DNA from: an uncultured Chloroflexia bacterium
Lineage (GTDB): Bacteria; Chloroflexota; Anaerolineae; Caldilineales; Caldilineaceae
Reading direction: 5' to 3'
NCBI GenBank assembly: GCA_963701415.1
Contig: CAVPAH010000002.1
Location: forward strand, 157,085 to 221,084
Length of the DNA stretch: 64,000 nucleotides
In this document: in pieces, positions 41,953 to 53,783 of the stretch
How positions within the stretch are numbered: position 1 is the first letter of the stretch
Layout of the letters: each line of letters starts with the position of its first letter
Position numbers and translations under genes: made by a program
Notes under the pieces: model-generated
The model's database searches: none
The model's input: only the letters and a program-made list of their open reading frames with translations
Told to the model about the DNA's origin: nothing

Positions 41953-44900
41953 CTACTTCCGCACGGCCGGCAGGTAGAGATTGCGCGGGACGGGCGCGAG
42001 GGTCAGGGTGACGGCAGCGTCGTCGATCACCTGGAGCTGGCCGTCTTTCTGGGCCAAGTAATCGGCACGGGCGACGACCTGGCCGGTGGCGCCGGTAGTC
42101 TTAGTAAAGGTAACGGCGAACTGGCCGTTGGCGTCGGTGACGCCGGTTAGCATGTCGGCGCCCCCGTTGAGTCTGCCCTGGGTGCCTGCGTCGTCGGCAA
42201 TGCCGATGCGGGCGTTTACCCCCGGGACAGGCGCACCCCACTTGTCGTGTACGGTGGCGACGAGGGTGGAGGAGGTGGCGCCGCCAGAGAGATCCGCGGG
42301 CGAGGCCGCCAGGTCGATGGTATGGACGCTCGCCGCGCGGATGTGCACGATGGTGGCGGCGGTTTTGCCGTTAACGGTGGCGGTGACAGTGGCGTCGCCC
42401 GGCTGCGTGCCCGCCACGAGGGTAACGACTTCCTTGCCGTCGGTGAGGTCGCCGGTGTAGCTCGACGCAGCGGGCCCGGCGGCGGATGACGCAGCGAGCG
42501 CGGCCACCGGGGCGGGCTCGACGGTGCCAAGGTCGGTGGTGATCTCGACGAGGGTGCCGTCCTGGATCGGGGTGCCCGTGTAGTCGTAGACTTCTACGGT
42601 GAGGGTGGCGGTGTCGACGCCGTTGGGGCGGAGGGCACTGTCGCCGAGTACGTTGAGCACCGTGATCTTGAGCGGCTCGCGATAGCGGGTAACAGTGACG
42701 GTGTCGCCGTCGCTGATGGTGCCGCGCTCACGCTCGACAAACATGGCGGCGACTTCGCCGCCGGCGAGGGATGGGCCGGCGTCAAACTCGCCGCTGGGTA
42801 TGATGTTGAGCTGCCGCTCGATCGTGCCGCCGGCGGGGATGCAGACGCCAAAGAACTGCTCGCTGCCGTCGTCGCCGGGCGGGATACTCCAGTAGTAGCT
42901 CCAGCCGTCGGGCACGGTAACGCGGTCGCCGTAGTAGAAGCACTGCTGGCGGCTGTCGAGGTTCTTGATCCGGAACCAGACGGGGACGACGGCGCCGGTG
43001 TAGGCCAGGTCCTTGGTTAAGGCGGTCACCTCGAGCGGCTGGAAGTTATAGGGGACAGGATCGCTGCGCACGAAGCTTTGGCCGCCGATGCTGCCCTGTA
43101 CCCAGAGGAAGCCGGCACCCTTGCCCTGGGCCCCGAAGTCGGGGAGGGCGAAGAGTCCATCGCCGGCGCGGCCGTCGCCGTGGGCGCCGTCGTCGAAGAG
43201 CTGGAAGTTGGCGCCAAAGCGGTCGCCGTTGGGGCGCTGGAGCCAGCCGGTCAGGACGTTGTTGTCGGCCGCGGCGCCCAGCTTGAGGGCAAGGCGAACG
43301 GCGCCGGCGCTGGGCAGGCTGCGCTCACCTACCGTGCTGGCGGCGATGGAACTGGCGGCCAGGCCGGTGAAGGTAAAGGTGCCTTCAGCACCTGCTTGGG
43401 CGTCGACAGTGGCCGTCCAGTCGCCCACATTGCCGTTGACGTTGACCTGGACGTACTGGACCATGCGGTCGCCGGCCACGTTGTCCATCGTGAGGCAGAG
43501 CACGTTGGCCGTGTCGGCGCAGTTGACGGAGTTGCCGGCAGGGTCGCGCACGATCATGGGCTCAAAGCGGCCGCTGTAGCCGGTCTGAAGGAAGCCGACG
43601 CCCTCCATCAGCGCATCGACGGCGACGGTGTAGGTGCGGGTCGGCTGCGGCGGGGCGGGAGTGAACTTGTAGCCCATGCCGTTGTAAGCGCCGGCCGAGT
43701 CGGCGTTGCTGACGACAAGGGCGTCGGTGGTAGGCGGGAACTGGATGGGGAAGCTGCGGCGCAGGCCGATCTGGGCAGTGGACGGCTCGGTGTAGACGCT
43801 GCCGTACTGGAAGCGGATCTCGCCGGTGTTGGTGTTGAGCCAGACCTGGTAGGCGCGGTAGCGGCCGGTGGAGTCGTAGCCCTGGATCGAGATGATGTGC
43901 CATTCGAAGCCCAGGTTGGCCTGGAAGACGCAGACCTGGGGGCCAGGCAGCCGCTCGACGGCGGGCCGGAACAGCTTGGCACAGGCTGGGTCGTTGGCGA
44001 GGGCGACGTCGACCACGTCGGGATCGGCAGCCGTATCGGCGGTTGCATCGGCCGGCCGCCCCTGTGCCGTCTGCCGGCGAAGGCCGGGGGGAAGGGCACA
44101 AAGTCCCACTGCATGTCGGTGTTGAGGACGTCAAGGAAGGCGCGCACGATGCGGATGATAGAGCAGGGCGAGCCGCAGGGGTTGAACTCGATCGCGCCGT
44201 CCTGGTTCACGCCCACTCTTGTCCACTGTGTGCCGTAGTAGGAGAACTGGCGTGGGAGGTCATAGGTGAGGTAGCCGGTGGTCGGGATCTGGTTGGCGGC
44301 GCTTGCCCAGCGACTCGGCGGGGAACCACTGGTACTCGCCGGCCTCGAGGCGGTCCCAGCGGTAGGTGAAGTTGTCGCTGACGTAGTCGCTCCACTTGCC
44401 GGCGCCGGCGCTGTTGGCGACCTGGGCGCGCAGGATGTCGGCGGCACTGCCGAGCTGGTCCTCGCGCACGTAGATGAACTGGCCGCCGGTGCCCAGGGCG
44501 GTGAGCAGGTAGGGGACGATGCCGGTGGACTGGCTGCCGTTGGCGGCGTTGCCCAGGTAGTTGATCTCGCCGCCGGTGACGTCGCTCATGCGGGCGGGGA
44601 GGACGCCGGCACAGCCGCCGAGCATGGCGAACGAGCCGCGCACGCCCTGCTGGTTGAGCAGGCGGCGGACGCTGTCGACGCTGAGCGTGTTGGGGCCGAT
44701 GAGCCGGGCGGCGCGGTCGGTGTAGAGCCAGATGTCGCCGTTGGGCTGAAGCTGGGCGGCCTGGGCGATGGCGGAGAGGGCGGCCACGTCGCAGTCGCCG
44801 TCGGGCGCGCCGACGGTGGCGAGCGAGTCGATGGCGGGGTTGGCCAGGTCGGCGTAGAACTTGCGCTGGACCGGCTGCTGGAGGGCAGAGGTCGTGTTGT

Positions 44901-46859
44901 TAAAGGTATAGACGTTGAACTCGGTGCCCTTTGGGGTGCCGCGAGAGGTCGTTGACCTGTTCCTTCATCACCGTCTTGACGCTGCCCAGCTTGTTGGAGT
45001 CTGCCATGCTCGCGCTGGTGTCGACGACCCAGGTGAGGTTCTTCCACCACTTGACGTCGGATTGGGTGGGGACTGCGGCGGCGGCGAATGTCCCGGGGAC
45101 CGGCGTGCCAGACGCTGCTCCCGGGCACATGTGCGCCGCCGCCACAGCTGTTCCCATAAAAATTAGTGAGGCCGACGTTCTGCTGGATGATGGCGGCGGT
45201 GCCCCTGTCGGCCTGCTTGCCGATGTCACGCCAGGATTCCAGGTAGACCCAGGTGGTGCAGGTGTCGTCGAAGACGTCGCCGTTTTCGGAGAAGGTGGGG
45301 TCGGTAAAGGTCTCCTGGTTGGCGCGCAGGCCGAAGCCGGCGCGGTCCTGGCCATCCTGGGCGGCGTCTTCGAGGTCCCAGAGGAGGGCGGCGACGGCAG
45401 CCTCGTTGCGGTCGGTGACCAGGGTGGGGTTGTTCGTGTCCCACGCTTCCATGTCGTAACCGCCCATCATGCCGCCGGGGCCGAGGCCGTCGAGATAGAA
45501 GTTGCTGTCGACGCGGCCCACGGCGTTGCGCACGGCGCTCTGGTAGTAGTTGGCAAAGCCTTCGGCGAAGGCCAGCTCGGGGTCCTGGGCGTTGTCGCGC
45601 GAGCTGTGGGGGCCGCCGGGGTTGTCGTCGCAGCCGTAGTTGTCGTCGGCCTGGTGGGTCCACTCGTGGATGATCACGCCGTCGTCCCACTCGTCGGGGT
45701 TGGAGTTGGCGTCGGCGACGGTGATCTCGTCCCAGACGTAGCCGTTGTAGTAGGTCTTGTCGTCGTCGTCGTCCGCGTTCCCAGTTGACCTCGGCCTGGT
45801 AGTCGAAGATGGCGTCGTCGCCGACGGCGCCGCCGTTGGCGTTCCAGACATTCCAGGCGTCGAAGATGGCGTCGGCGATGTTGAAGATGGCGCTCTGGTC
45901 GCGGTCGAGCTGCAGGTTGAACGTGTAGGTGCCGCCTTCGGACTCGATCACCCGGCTCTTGAACTCGTAGACATCCTCGACAATGCCGTCTTCCTGCACT
46001 TCGACCACGTCGTGGCCGGCGGACTGGATTTCGGCGGTCAGCCGCACGTAGATCTCCAACTCGTCGTCGAAGAGACCGTCGTCGTCGCAGAAGCTAAAGG
46101 CAAAGCTGCCGTCGTTGCCGGTCAGCATCTCGCCATAGGTGTCGTCAAAGAGCGTATCCTCCTCGCGCATCTCGAGCAGCGGCCGAGCGCACGGGGACGT
46201 AGACCAGCGGCTGGTAGCCACTGCGGAAGGGAGTGTGTTCCTCGCGCATGACCGTGCCGGAGACGTTAAAACAGGGATCGCCGTTGGGGGCGTGGGCAAC
46301 TGCCGCGCCCAGCATGGGCTCGACGCTGGTCGACATGACGGAGCCGCGCAGGTGCGCCCGGCTGGGGTCCTGGCGTGAGAGGGTGACGGCGCCGTCGTCG
46401 GCGGCGGTGAGGTAGAGGGTGGCGCCCTGGACCCAGCTTTGGCCGCCGCCATCGAGCCGGGCACCCACGGCAATGGGATAGACGCCGGGACCGGGCACGC
46501 GGACCTGGCGGGCCTCGCTTTGGGCGCTGTCCACGGGCGGGTTGTTCCAGGCGACGGCGGCCGGGCCGCCCACCAGCTCGACGCCGGGGGGCAGCTGCCA
46601 CTGCAGCTGGAGGGCGACGCCGTGCGGCATGCGGGGTCACCGTGGCCGTAAAGCCGGCCTCATTGGGCGCCGGCGGGGGCGCCCTGCGAGCACGACGTCG
46701 ATCTTCTCGCCGCTGTCGTCGTGGGCATGGGCCGCGTGCAGAGGGAGGAGGGCAAGGCAGGCGGCCAGCAGGCACAGGCAGGGAGCACCAGGCGCAGCGA
46801 GAGGTGTGCAGCGCGCGGCCGCGGGCAGGTGAGTCAGGGTGAGTCGGTGAGCGAGACAC
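41953..46859 (-). pseudogene. Giant secreted multidomain protein (about 1600 aa): MA-clan zinc metalloprotease, VWA, unknown beta-rich region, Ig-like (Big_1-type) repeats; about 10 +1 frame breaks confined to the 5' 2.8 kb
   Basis: Minus-strand ORF pieces in successive frames join up: 46859, 46630, 46473, 45851, 45355, 44787, 44447, 44134, 44109. Signal peptide LCLLAACLALLPLHAAHA. Zinc site GVIIHEWTHQ followed by AFAEGFANYY (gluzincin). VWA MIDAS motif TWVVDTSASMADSNKLGSVKTVMKEQV. The last 718 aa are intact and include TATLTVEVYDYTGTPIQDGTLVEITT and SSTLVATVHDKWGAPVPGVNARIG Ig-like repeats. The protein ends PRNLYLPAVRK. Confidence 0.8.
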
Positions 46860-47142
46860 GGGTGGCTCCTTCTAATACAGAAGATGGGCTATAGCAGCCC
46901 GTAGTGATGGGATTGCGCTGCGTGGGATGGGGAAGAATGACAGATTTAGGGGAAATGCGCAAATGGCGATTGCGGCTGCCCACAGGCAAGAATGCGCGGG
47001 CAGGGAGATGCCGTTCTCATAGGCCCGGAGGGATTGACCTACACTGCGGCACTGCCGATCATAGGGTGTGACGAATAAGGGCTTGGGCGAGAGAGTTTGG
47101 ATGCCGGAACCTCGCCATATAAACGGAGGGAGCCAGCAAGGG

Positions 47143-47656
47143 ATGAGCGGGATGCATACAGCACAGACAAAGCAGCAGTTGATCGAGTGGATCGACGAAG
47201 AGCACGCAGGCTGGGAGGCACTGCTGAAGGAGATCGGACCTGGCCGCCTGGAGATCCTCGGCGTGACGGACCAGTGGACGATGAAGGATACGATCGCGCA
47301 CTTGACGACCTGGTGGCGGCGCGAGGTGGGCCGCCTGGCGTCGCTGGCGCGGGGCGAACGGCCGGTCGATCACCCTTCGCAGGCCGACGTCGCCGTCATC
47401 AATCGGTGGATCTACCTGGTCAACCGCGATCGACCAGCCGGCGATGTCTTGAGGGATGCAGAGAGCGCCTGGCAAGATCTGCGGGCACGCGTGCAGGCGC
47501 TGCCGGAAGCAGTGCTGCTTGGCGGCAAGCAGCTTGACTGGACGGAAGGGCGCTCGGCCGGCGCAGGCAGTCGTCGGCGATTTCCTGCAGCATTTCCACG
47601 AGGAACACGAGCAGCCGATCCGCGAATGGCTTGATGCACTGCCTGCAAGGTCATAA
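47143..47656 (+). pseudogene. DinB-fold / ClbS(DfsB)-like four-helix-bundle protein, one +1 frame break near 47555
   Basis: GGAGGGA RBS. TKQQLIEWIDEEHAGWEALLKEI...WTMKDTIAHLTTWW, then ORF 47456-47656 supplies VVGDFLQHFHEEHEQPIREWLDAL. The family call is tentative. Confidence 0.55.
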
Positions 47657-49054
47657 GAATGTGTACAGCAGCTCCTGCAGGACGGTATGGACCTTATGGA
47701 CGCAGAGCTGGGTAAAGTCGTCTAGAATTGCTGAGCGCAGGCCAGGCTGATCTACTTCCAGCGCCTCCCGCATGACGGCAGGCACCTGGGCTTCGAATTC
47801 TTGTTCGAGCGCGTCGAACCTGGCGCGCACAAGTTGATTGCGGACAGGGTACAGGCCAGGGACGCTTGAGATGGGGTCGCCTTTGACGCGATCCAGCAGC
47901 TCGCGGAACAGCCACCAATAGGAGTGCGGGGAGAAGGTGTCCTCGACGGCGGTATGGGGGGCGCAGACGCGCTTGCCAAACGTGCCGGCCGATGAGACGA
48001 TCTCCGGCAGCTGGCTGCCATGGACGAAGAAGGGGACATAACAGCCGTTGCAGGGTGGGCCAGGCGTCCACCAGAACACGGGCAGTTCGGCCTCGGAGCG
48101 CGGCAGCACCGCAATGCACGAACTGGCGGTGTTGCCCCAAGTGAAGTTGGCGGCCGAGGAATGCATACAGATCGAATGAAAGTCGGGGTCTGCCGCGTCA
48201 AAGTAGGGGCCTTGGAGGAAGGTGTCCTCGTAGTGGTCGCGGGCGATGCGCTTCATCCAGTAGGGCGTGACCTGGCCTTGCTGCACCGCCAGCAGCTGGC
48301 GCGAGCGCATGAGGCGCAGCTGCGAGACCTGGCGAGGTACGCAATTGTCGGCGTAGGCGCGAGCGAAGTCGAAGCCCTGTTCCGGCTCGGCGGGCCACCA
48401 GCCCATCTCGACGGCATAATCGACGACGTCTGAGCTGCCCAGGTCCCAGGTGGTGCGGATGGTGGGCTGATTCGAGATAGAGGTGGTGCCGTGGTCGAGA
48501 CGCTGGGCCAGCCACCGGCGGCCGACGGCTTCGACCACCCAGGACTCGTGGCAGTCGGCTACGAGGAAGGAGTTATCATAGCCCCCCAGATCGTGCGGTC
48601 TGGCGGGGACAGCGGAACCGAATTGCCCGTACTGCTCGACAAGGGTGCCGATCAGTTCGACGGCGTCGCGGGCGGTGCGGCTGCGCTCGAGGGCCAGGCG
48701 CACCAGGTCCATGCCGAGCAGGCCAAATTCTGCCGCGCCAGTCTGTCGATAGTGTTCGGCTGCGTGGCGGAAGGTCTTGGTGGGGATAGCCTCGTTGCCG
48801 ATCACGACGCTATGCTCGTTGATACCCTCCTCGTAGCCCCAGCACCAGTAAGGGCTGGAGCCGAGGGTGGCGTAGGTGACTTCGGCCTGGGGAACAGCGA
48901 CGTGCTCCAGTTGAAGGACGGTACCGGACGGCCAGGTCTGCTGCCCGAACAAGAGCAGCGGCTGGGCGTCGTAGATAGGGCGATCGCTGTTCTTGCCGAG
49001 GATCACCTGGCCAGAATCTGTAGCGTCGCGCATAGCGATCCAGGTATCACACAT
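47651..49054 (-). CDS. C69-family (Ntn-hydrolase) dipeptidase
   Basis: Start at MCDTWIAMRDATDSGQVILGKNSDRP places the nucleophile Cys directly after Met, the C69 hallmark. Intact 467-aa product. Confidence 0.85.
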   Translation of the reverse strand: MCDTWIAMRDATDSGQVILGKNSDRPIYDAQPLLLFGQQTWPSGTVLQLEHVAVPQAEVTYATLGSSPYWCWGYEEGINEHSVVIGNEAIPTKTFRHAAEHYRQTGAAEFGLLGMDLVRLALERSRTARDAVELIGTLVEQYGQFGSAVPARPHDLGGYDNSFLVADCHESWVVEAVGRRWLAQRLDHGTTSISNQPTIRTTWDLGSSDVVDYAVEMGWWPAEPEQGFDFARAYADNCVPRQVSQLRLMRSRQLLAVQQGQVTPYWMKRIARDHYEDTFLQGPYFDAADPDFHSICMHSSAANFTWGNTASSCIAVLPRSEAELPVFWWTPGPPCNGCYVPFFVHGSQLPEIVSSAGTFGKRVCAPHTAVEDTFSPHSYWWLFRELLDRVKGDPISSVPGLYPVRNQLVRARFDALEQEFEAQVPAVMREALEVDQPGLRSAILDDFTQLCVHKVHTVLQELLYTFL

Positions 49055-49162
49055 GATGTTGTACCTCGCTTTGCTGCTCGTCCGCGCGAGGGCGGCACAC
49101 GTTAGCGGTTGCAACAGAAGGAAACGTACAGAGTGGTCGGCGCCGGATTATACTTGATTCTA

Positions 49163-49203
49163 CTCCAAAAGCAGAACCGGACGGCACGTGCCGTCCGGTT
49201 CTG
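49163..49203 (-). terminator. Intrinsic terminator of the DinB-family gene
   Basis: Perfect 32-nt palindrome CAGAACCGGACGGCAC/GTGCCGTCCGGTTCTG (49172-49203), followed on the minus strand by GCTTTTGG. Confidence 0.7.
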
Positions 49204-49239
49204 GCAACGCCTTTGGTCGTACCAAGGTCAATCAATCCG

Positions 49240-49735
49240 TCACGCCGGCTGGGGCTCGGCCACTAGCGCTTTGATGCTCGCCAGGTGCTTGTAGCTGTGG
49301 CTGATCTGGTGATCCTCAAGCCAGAACTGCAGCGTCAGCGGGGCATCGCCATAGAGCGAATTGGGCACGGCCGTGTCCAGCTGCGCATCGGTCAACGCCC
49401 GGATGGCTGCTGCTGCGCTCAGCACCGTTGCGGCGCAGCAGGGCCAGCGTGGCGGAGCGATCGGGCTGAGCGTGCTCGAGCGCATGGTTGGCATTCATGT
49501 CGGCAACCAAGTCCCACGTCAACCCGGCCACGGCCTGCCCGTTGGCGATGATCTGGGCCATGCCTACTTCCACCGGATACATTGTGGCGACATGATGAAC
49601 TAGAACACCGACACTGCGCCCCTCCTGCGAGATGGGTGCCGCCCATTCTTGCGCGCTCAGGCCTTCTGCATAGCTCGCCAATTGTACATACCCCTGCTCC
49701 AAGCGGACGGCCAGGTCTTCCGTTCGTTTACTCAT
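49240..49735 (-). pseudogene. DinB family protein, one +1 frame break near 49430
   Basis: AAGGAGAG RBS. MSKRTEDLAVRLEQGYVQLASYAEGLSAQEW...VGVLVHHVATMY (ORF 49316-49786) continues in ORF 49240-49494 as AIRALTDAQLDTAVPNSLYGDAPLTLQFWLEDHQISHSYKHLASI. Confidence 0.7.
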
Positions 49736-49786
49736 TGCAACTCTCCTTGTGAAAAATGATGCCTCAAAAGTTCTATTAGACGACAC

Positions 49787-50362
49787 TCACATCATCAGCC
49801 GTGGGAAGTGTGCGACGCATCGCCGCCAACAAATTCCGTCGCACGACACCTGCGGGTTGAAATCGGCGAACATCCCGGCTGGATTGTTCTGCCAGGCCCA
49901 GACGTGCAGCTCATAGAAGGCGGGGAGGCCGATAGCGGTTGGGGCTGCCGACGTAGTTGAACAGCTGCCCCATCAGCACCGGCGGCATGTCGTGATTGGC
50001 GTCCCAGGTCTCGGCGATGACGACGATATTCCACGCCTAACAGGCGCATTTTGCCACCCTTCGGCCTCGTACAACAGGGCCTCGGGGTGCGCGGCATCCA
50101 GTTCGCCGTCGCCGACCACGTCGCCGTTGACGAAGTGGACACCCATCGCGCCGCCTTGCGGCCCGCTGACGCAGCCGTGGAACAGGCTGTAGCCGGCAGC
50201 CTGCGCCGCCGCCACATCCTTATAACCGGCCGTGGCCTGGCGCACGGTGTCGACGAGGGTCGCCGGCTCCGGTGTGCGGCCGGGGTTGGCAAAGGCAGCT
50301 GGGGCCAGCACAAAGTGCATGATCCCTGCCACAGCGAGCGTTATCCAAAGTCTCTTGTTCAT
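49787..50362 (-). pseudogene. Hypothetical secreted protein, three +1 frame breaks
   Basis: CAGGAGA RBS. Signal peptide MNKRLWITLAVAGIMHFVLAPAAFA. Removing single bases near 50048, 50015 and 49903 gives the continuous sequence ...ALLYEAEGGKMRLLGVEYVVIAETWDANHDMPPVLMGQLFNYVGSPNRYGLPAFYELHVWAWQNNPAGMFADFNPQVSCD. Confidence 0.6.
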
Positions 50363-50652
50363 GGTGAATCTCCTGATAGCTCCTAATAGAACGAACATAC
50401 TCGCATGAACCTGGCCGGACGCTGCGGGCGCTGCCGTCAACCCCAACGCTTGTTCATGTTTGACGCACATGAGCTTAGCAGGCGACAGGGTGGGGCGTCA
50501 CCACGCAGCGGAGCGGCAGGAGGGTGGCAGGAGGGTGGTAAAGGGGTAGCAGTGGGTAGAGAATAGAATTTATGAAGATTTCTAAATATGTCGAATGTCA
50601 AATAAAATAGCGGCCTGCGCGTACCGCGAGCGATTGTTGGAGGTTGTATACG

Positions 50653-52962
50653 ATGGACGAGCCACTCTCCGAGCGTGAAATCGACATCTTGCGCCTGGCG
50701 GCGGATGGGCGTGCCAATGGCGAAATTGCAGCTCATTTGGCGCTCTCACTGAACACGGTGAAGTGGTACAACAAGCGTATCTATGAGAAGCTGGCCGTCG
50801 AAAATCGCACGCAGGCGATCCAACGTGCGCAAACGTTGGGGCTGCTGAATGGTGACGACGGCCAGTTCGTGCCGCCGCCACGCCACAATCTCCCCAGCCC
50901 GCTTACGGCATTGGTGGGACGGCGCGCCGAGATTGACGCAGTCAAGCAGACTTCTCAGGCAGCACCGGCTGCTTACTCTGACCGGAGCAGGGGGGATTGG
51001 GAAAACGCGGCTGGCGCTGCGGGCAGCCGAGGAGATGGCGGGACTATTCAAGGACGGCATCTACTTCGTGGACCTGGCGCCAATCAACGAAGCACACCTG
51101 GTCATCAATACAGTCGCGCATGTGCTCGGGGTGGCCGAATCTCTTGACACGCCGCTGTTGGAGCTGACCAAGTTCGCGCTGCACGACAAGCAGCTGCTGC
51201 TCATCCTGGATAATTTTGAGCACCTGATCGAGGCAGCGCCGTTGGTGGCAGATCTGCTCGCAGCGGCGCGCGGACTGACAGCCCTGGTCACCAGCCGGGA
51301 AGTTCTGGCGCTCTATGGCGAGCAGGAATATGCCGTGCCAGCACTGAAACTGCCTGACCTGGAACGCTTTGCTGCCCACCATGTAGCGCCGGGTGCGCTG
51401 CTGAACTGCGAAGCGCTGCAGCTCTTCGAACAGTGTGCCCAGGCAGCGTATGCCGATTTTCGGATTACGGCGGAGAATGCACCGGCGGTCGCCACCATCT
51501 GCCTGCGTCTCAACGGCCTGCCGCTGGCGATCGAGCTGGCGGCGGCTTATGCCAAGCTGCTGTCGCCGCAGGCCATGTTGACGCAGCTTGACTCGATGTG
51601 GCTGGAGATGAGCCGTTTGCTGCGCAATGTGCCGGCGCGCCAGCAGACGCTGCGCAACACGATCGAGTGGAGCTATCGTTTTCTCAACGGCGATGAAAGG
51701 CGGCTGTTTGCGCAGTTGGCAGTCTTCCGGGGCGGGTGTACGTTTGAGGCGATCGACGAAATCTGCGACAAGCCAGTCCGGGACTGGCCTGCTGCTGTCG
51801 CTCAACGGGCTGGTCAACAAAAGCCTTGTCTGGCGGCGGGAGGACGATAACGACCAACCGCGTTTTGGGATGCTGGAGACAATTCGCGAATATGCGCTGC
51901 AGTGTCTGCACGCAGCGGGCGAGGCAGAAACGCTGCAGCAGCGGCATGCGCTCTATTACACCGGCTTTGCATACCGGGTCGAAGCGTCGTTGGCGAACGT
52001 CAAGCAGCGGCTGATCCTGAATCAGATTGAGATCGAGATCGACAACTTGCGGGCAGCGCTGCGCTGGGCGCTGGATCACGACCCTGAGCCTGGGCTGCGC
52101 ATGATCGGTGACCTGGGCTCGTGCTGGCGCATTCGCGGGTACTTGACGGAGGAAATGGCTTGGGCCCAACAGCTGCTGGGGGCGAAACCACCGGCGCCCA
52201 CGCCGGTGCAGGCTAAGGCTCTTGCGAACGCCGCAGCGCTGGCGCTGATTCTCGGCCAGCGGAGCCAGGCGCGGCAGATGGCCGAACAAGCGTACCAGAT
52301 CTCACTCCAGACGGTAGATCCACAAACCAGGGGACAGACAATGTATGTCAAGGTCCTGACACTTATTGCGCCTGACCTCCTGCCTGACAGACTATGAAGC
52401 AATGGACCGGCTGGCCAATGAAGCAGCACGCCTGTTTGTCGAGCTCCACAATCGGCCAGGCCGTGGGCGTGTCCTCAATATCCTCGGCGAATTGAAGCGT
52501 ATGCAGAAACGGTACGACGAGGCAAAACGCTTCTATGAAGAGAGCCTGCAAGAGCTGCGCGCAGTAGGCTTCCTATCGGATGTAGTGCTTGTACAGTCAA
52601 ATATAGGCTGGGCGGTATTCCACATGGGAGACTACGAAGCAGCGTTCGCCAGCTTTGGCGAAGCGTTGGACATGTCGCGGGATCTGGAATTCCCCTACGG
52701 CATAGCGATAACGCTACTTGGCGCTGCCGGCGTTCTAGCGCGCTGGGGACGTTCGCAGCCGGCGGCCAAGCTGATCGGTGCGGCGGCGGCCCTTCAGGAG
52801 GCGATCGGCATCGTCGTGGTGCCGACCGATGAACCTGATTACGAGACAACTGTCGTAGAGCTGCGAGCGCAGCTTGGCCAGGCCGCCTATGATGAGTACC
52901 GGCAGACGGGCCAACTGCTGACGGCGGCGGAGGCTGCTGCGCTCGTGAAGGAGTTTTGCTGA
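50653..52962 (+). pseudogene. LuxR(GerE)-HTH N-terminal regulator fused to a P-loop NB-ARC-like ATPase and TPR array (STAND), three +1 frame breaks
   Basis: GGAGG RBS. LSEREIDILRLAADGRANGEIAAHLALSLNTVKWYNKRIYEKL is a LuxR-type HTH. Walker A LTGAGGIGKTRLA, Walker B LLLILDNFEH. ORFs 50644, 50849, 51627 and 52366 are in frames 1>2>0>1, joining near 50950, 51780 and 52380. Confidence 0.8.
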
Positions 52963-53028
52963 TCGCACGCGCTTACCAGCAGTCGAACTGCTGGCGGGTA
53001 CCAGCGGGTTACTGACGAGTCGCTGTTT

Positions 53029-53059
53029 AGGAGAGCCGGGCGTTTGGCGTCCGGCTCTC
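53029..53059. terminator. Hairpin between convergent genes (possible bidirectional terminator)
   Basis: GGAGAGCCGG-GCGTTTGGCGT-CCGGCTCTCC, a 10-bp stem. A second 7-bp hairpin, CCAGCAG-TCGAA-CTGCTGG, lies at 52973-52991. Confidence 0.5.
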
Positions 53060-53094
53060 CAGTTCGTAGTTCAGCAGGTCCAGGCACAGCCATC

Positions 53095-53694
53095 TTATTT
53101 ACGATTAACGTCCCGGAAAAAGAAGTAGTCGGCCGTGTAAGGGACAAAGGCCTGCGTGCCGATATCGGCGGGCGACGAACAGCCAGTCGAGGGTGCAAGG
53201 CCACCTGTGGTGTTCACCCGCTGGATGAATGTGGTCGTCGCCAGCAGGTCGCGACCGATGGTTCCATCTTGGGATCCTACCACCGTCACCAAGAGCCAGG
53301 GGATGGCACCCGGCTGAACGTAGTTGGCGTCGGAGGAGGCGTTGCCCGGCTTCACCTCGCCCCAGACCGTGCTGGTGTCCAGGGAGTCCTGCCAGGTGGC
53401 GCGCACCGTGCCATTTTCATCCGGGTTGGGACTGAAGTAGTGGGTGCTTATTTGCTTGTCGTTGTCCTTGAACAGCGTGGCCTGCGGCGTGAAAAGCTTA
53501 AAGGCAACGCCAGAGCCCGTGGGCAGGCACACATAGTTCTGGGTGCCGACGGCGTGACCCATAAGGAACGCATCATTCCCTGTGGGCACTTGAATGTTGG
53601 GAGGCACGGGTGGCGGCGTAGCCTGGCTGGCGTGCGCCGGTTGGGGCAGCATGGCAGCAATGGCTAAGGCCAGGGCGGCAATCAAGATCTTCAT
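53095..53694 (-). CDS. DUF3455 domain secreted protein
   Basis: AAAGGA RBS. Signal peptide MKILIAALALAIAAMLPQPAHA. The GTQNYVC motif and overall pattern are typical of DUF3455. Confidence 0.75.
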   Translation of the reverse strand: MKILIAALALAIAAMLPQPAHASQATPPPVPPNIQVPTGNDAFLMGHAVGTQNYVCLPTGSGVAFKLFTPQATLFKDNDKQISTHYFSPNPDENGTVRATWQDSLDTSTVWGEVKPGNASSDANYVQPGAIPWLLVTVVGSQDGTIGRDLLATTTFIQRVNTTGGLAPSTGCSSPADIGTQAFVPYTADYFFFRDVNRK

Positions 53695-53736
53695 GGTGAT
53701 TTCCTTTCGCGTGTGTAGCCGAGGTGGTAAGACAGA

Positions 53737-53769
53737 GGAGGTGGAGCCGACCTTCGGTCGGACACCTCC
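53737..53769. repeat. REP-like extragenic palindrome, copy C
   Basis: GGAGGTG-GA-GCCGACC-TTC-GGTCGG-A-CACCTCC, 15 nt beyond the methyltransferase stop. Confidence 0.7.
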
Positions 53770-53783
53770 ATTTAGAAGACGAC

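Noticed and set aside
46860-47142. 283-nt intergenic region upstream of the giant protease and ClbS-like genes, as a possible riboswitch or sRNA
   Set aside because: It contains only short hairpins (such as GGGCT-ATAGC-AGCCC) and a TTGACC hexamer without a properly spaced -10. I recognised no conserved riboswitch core.
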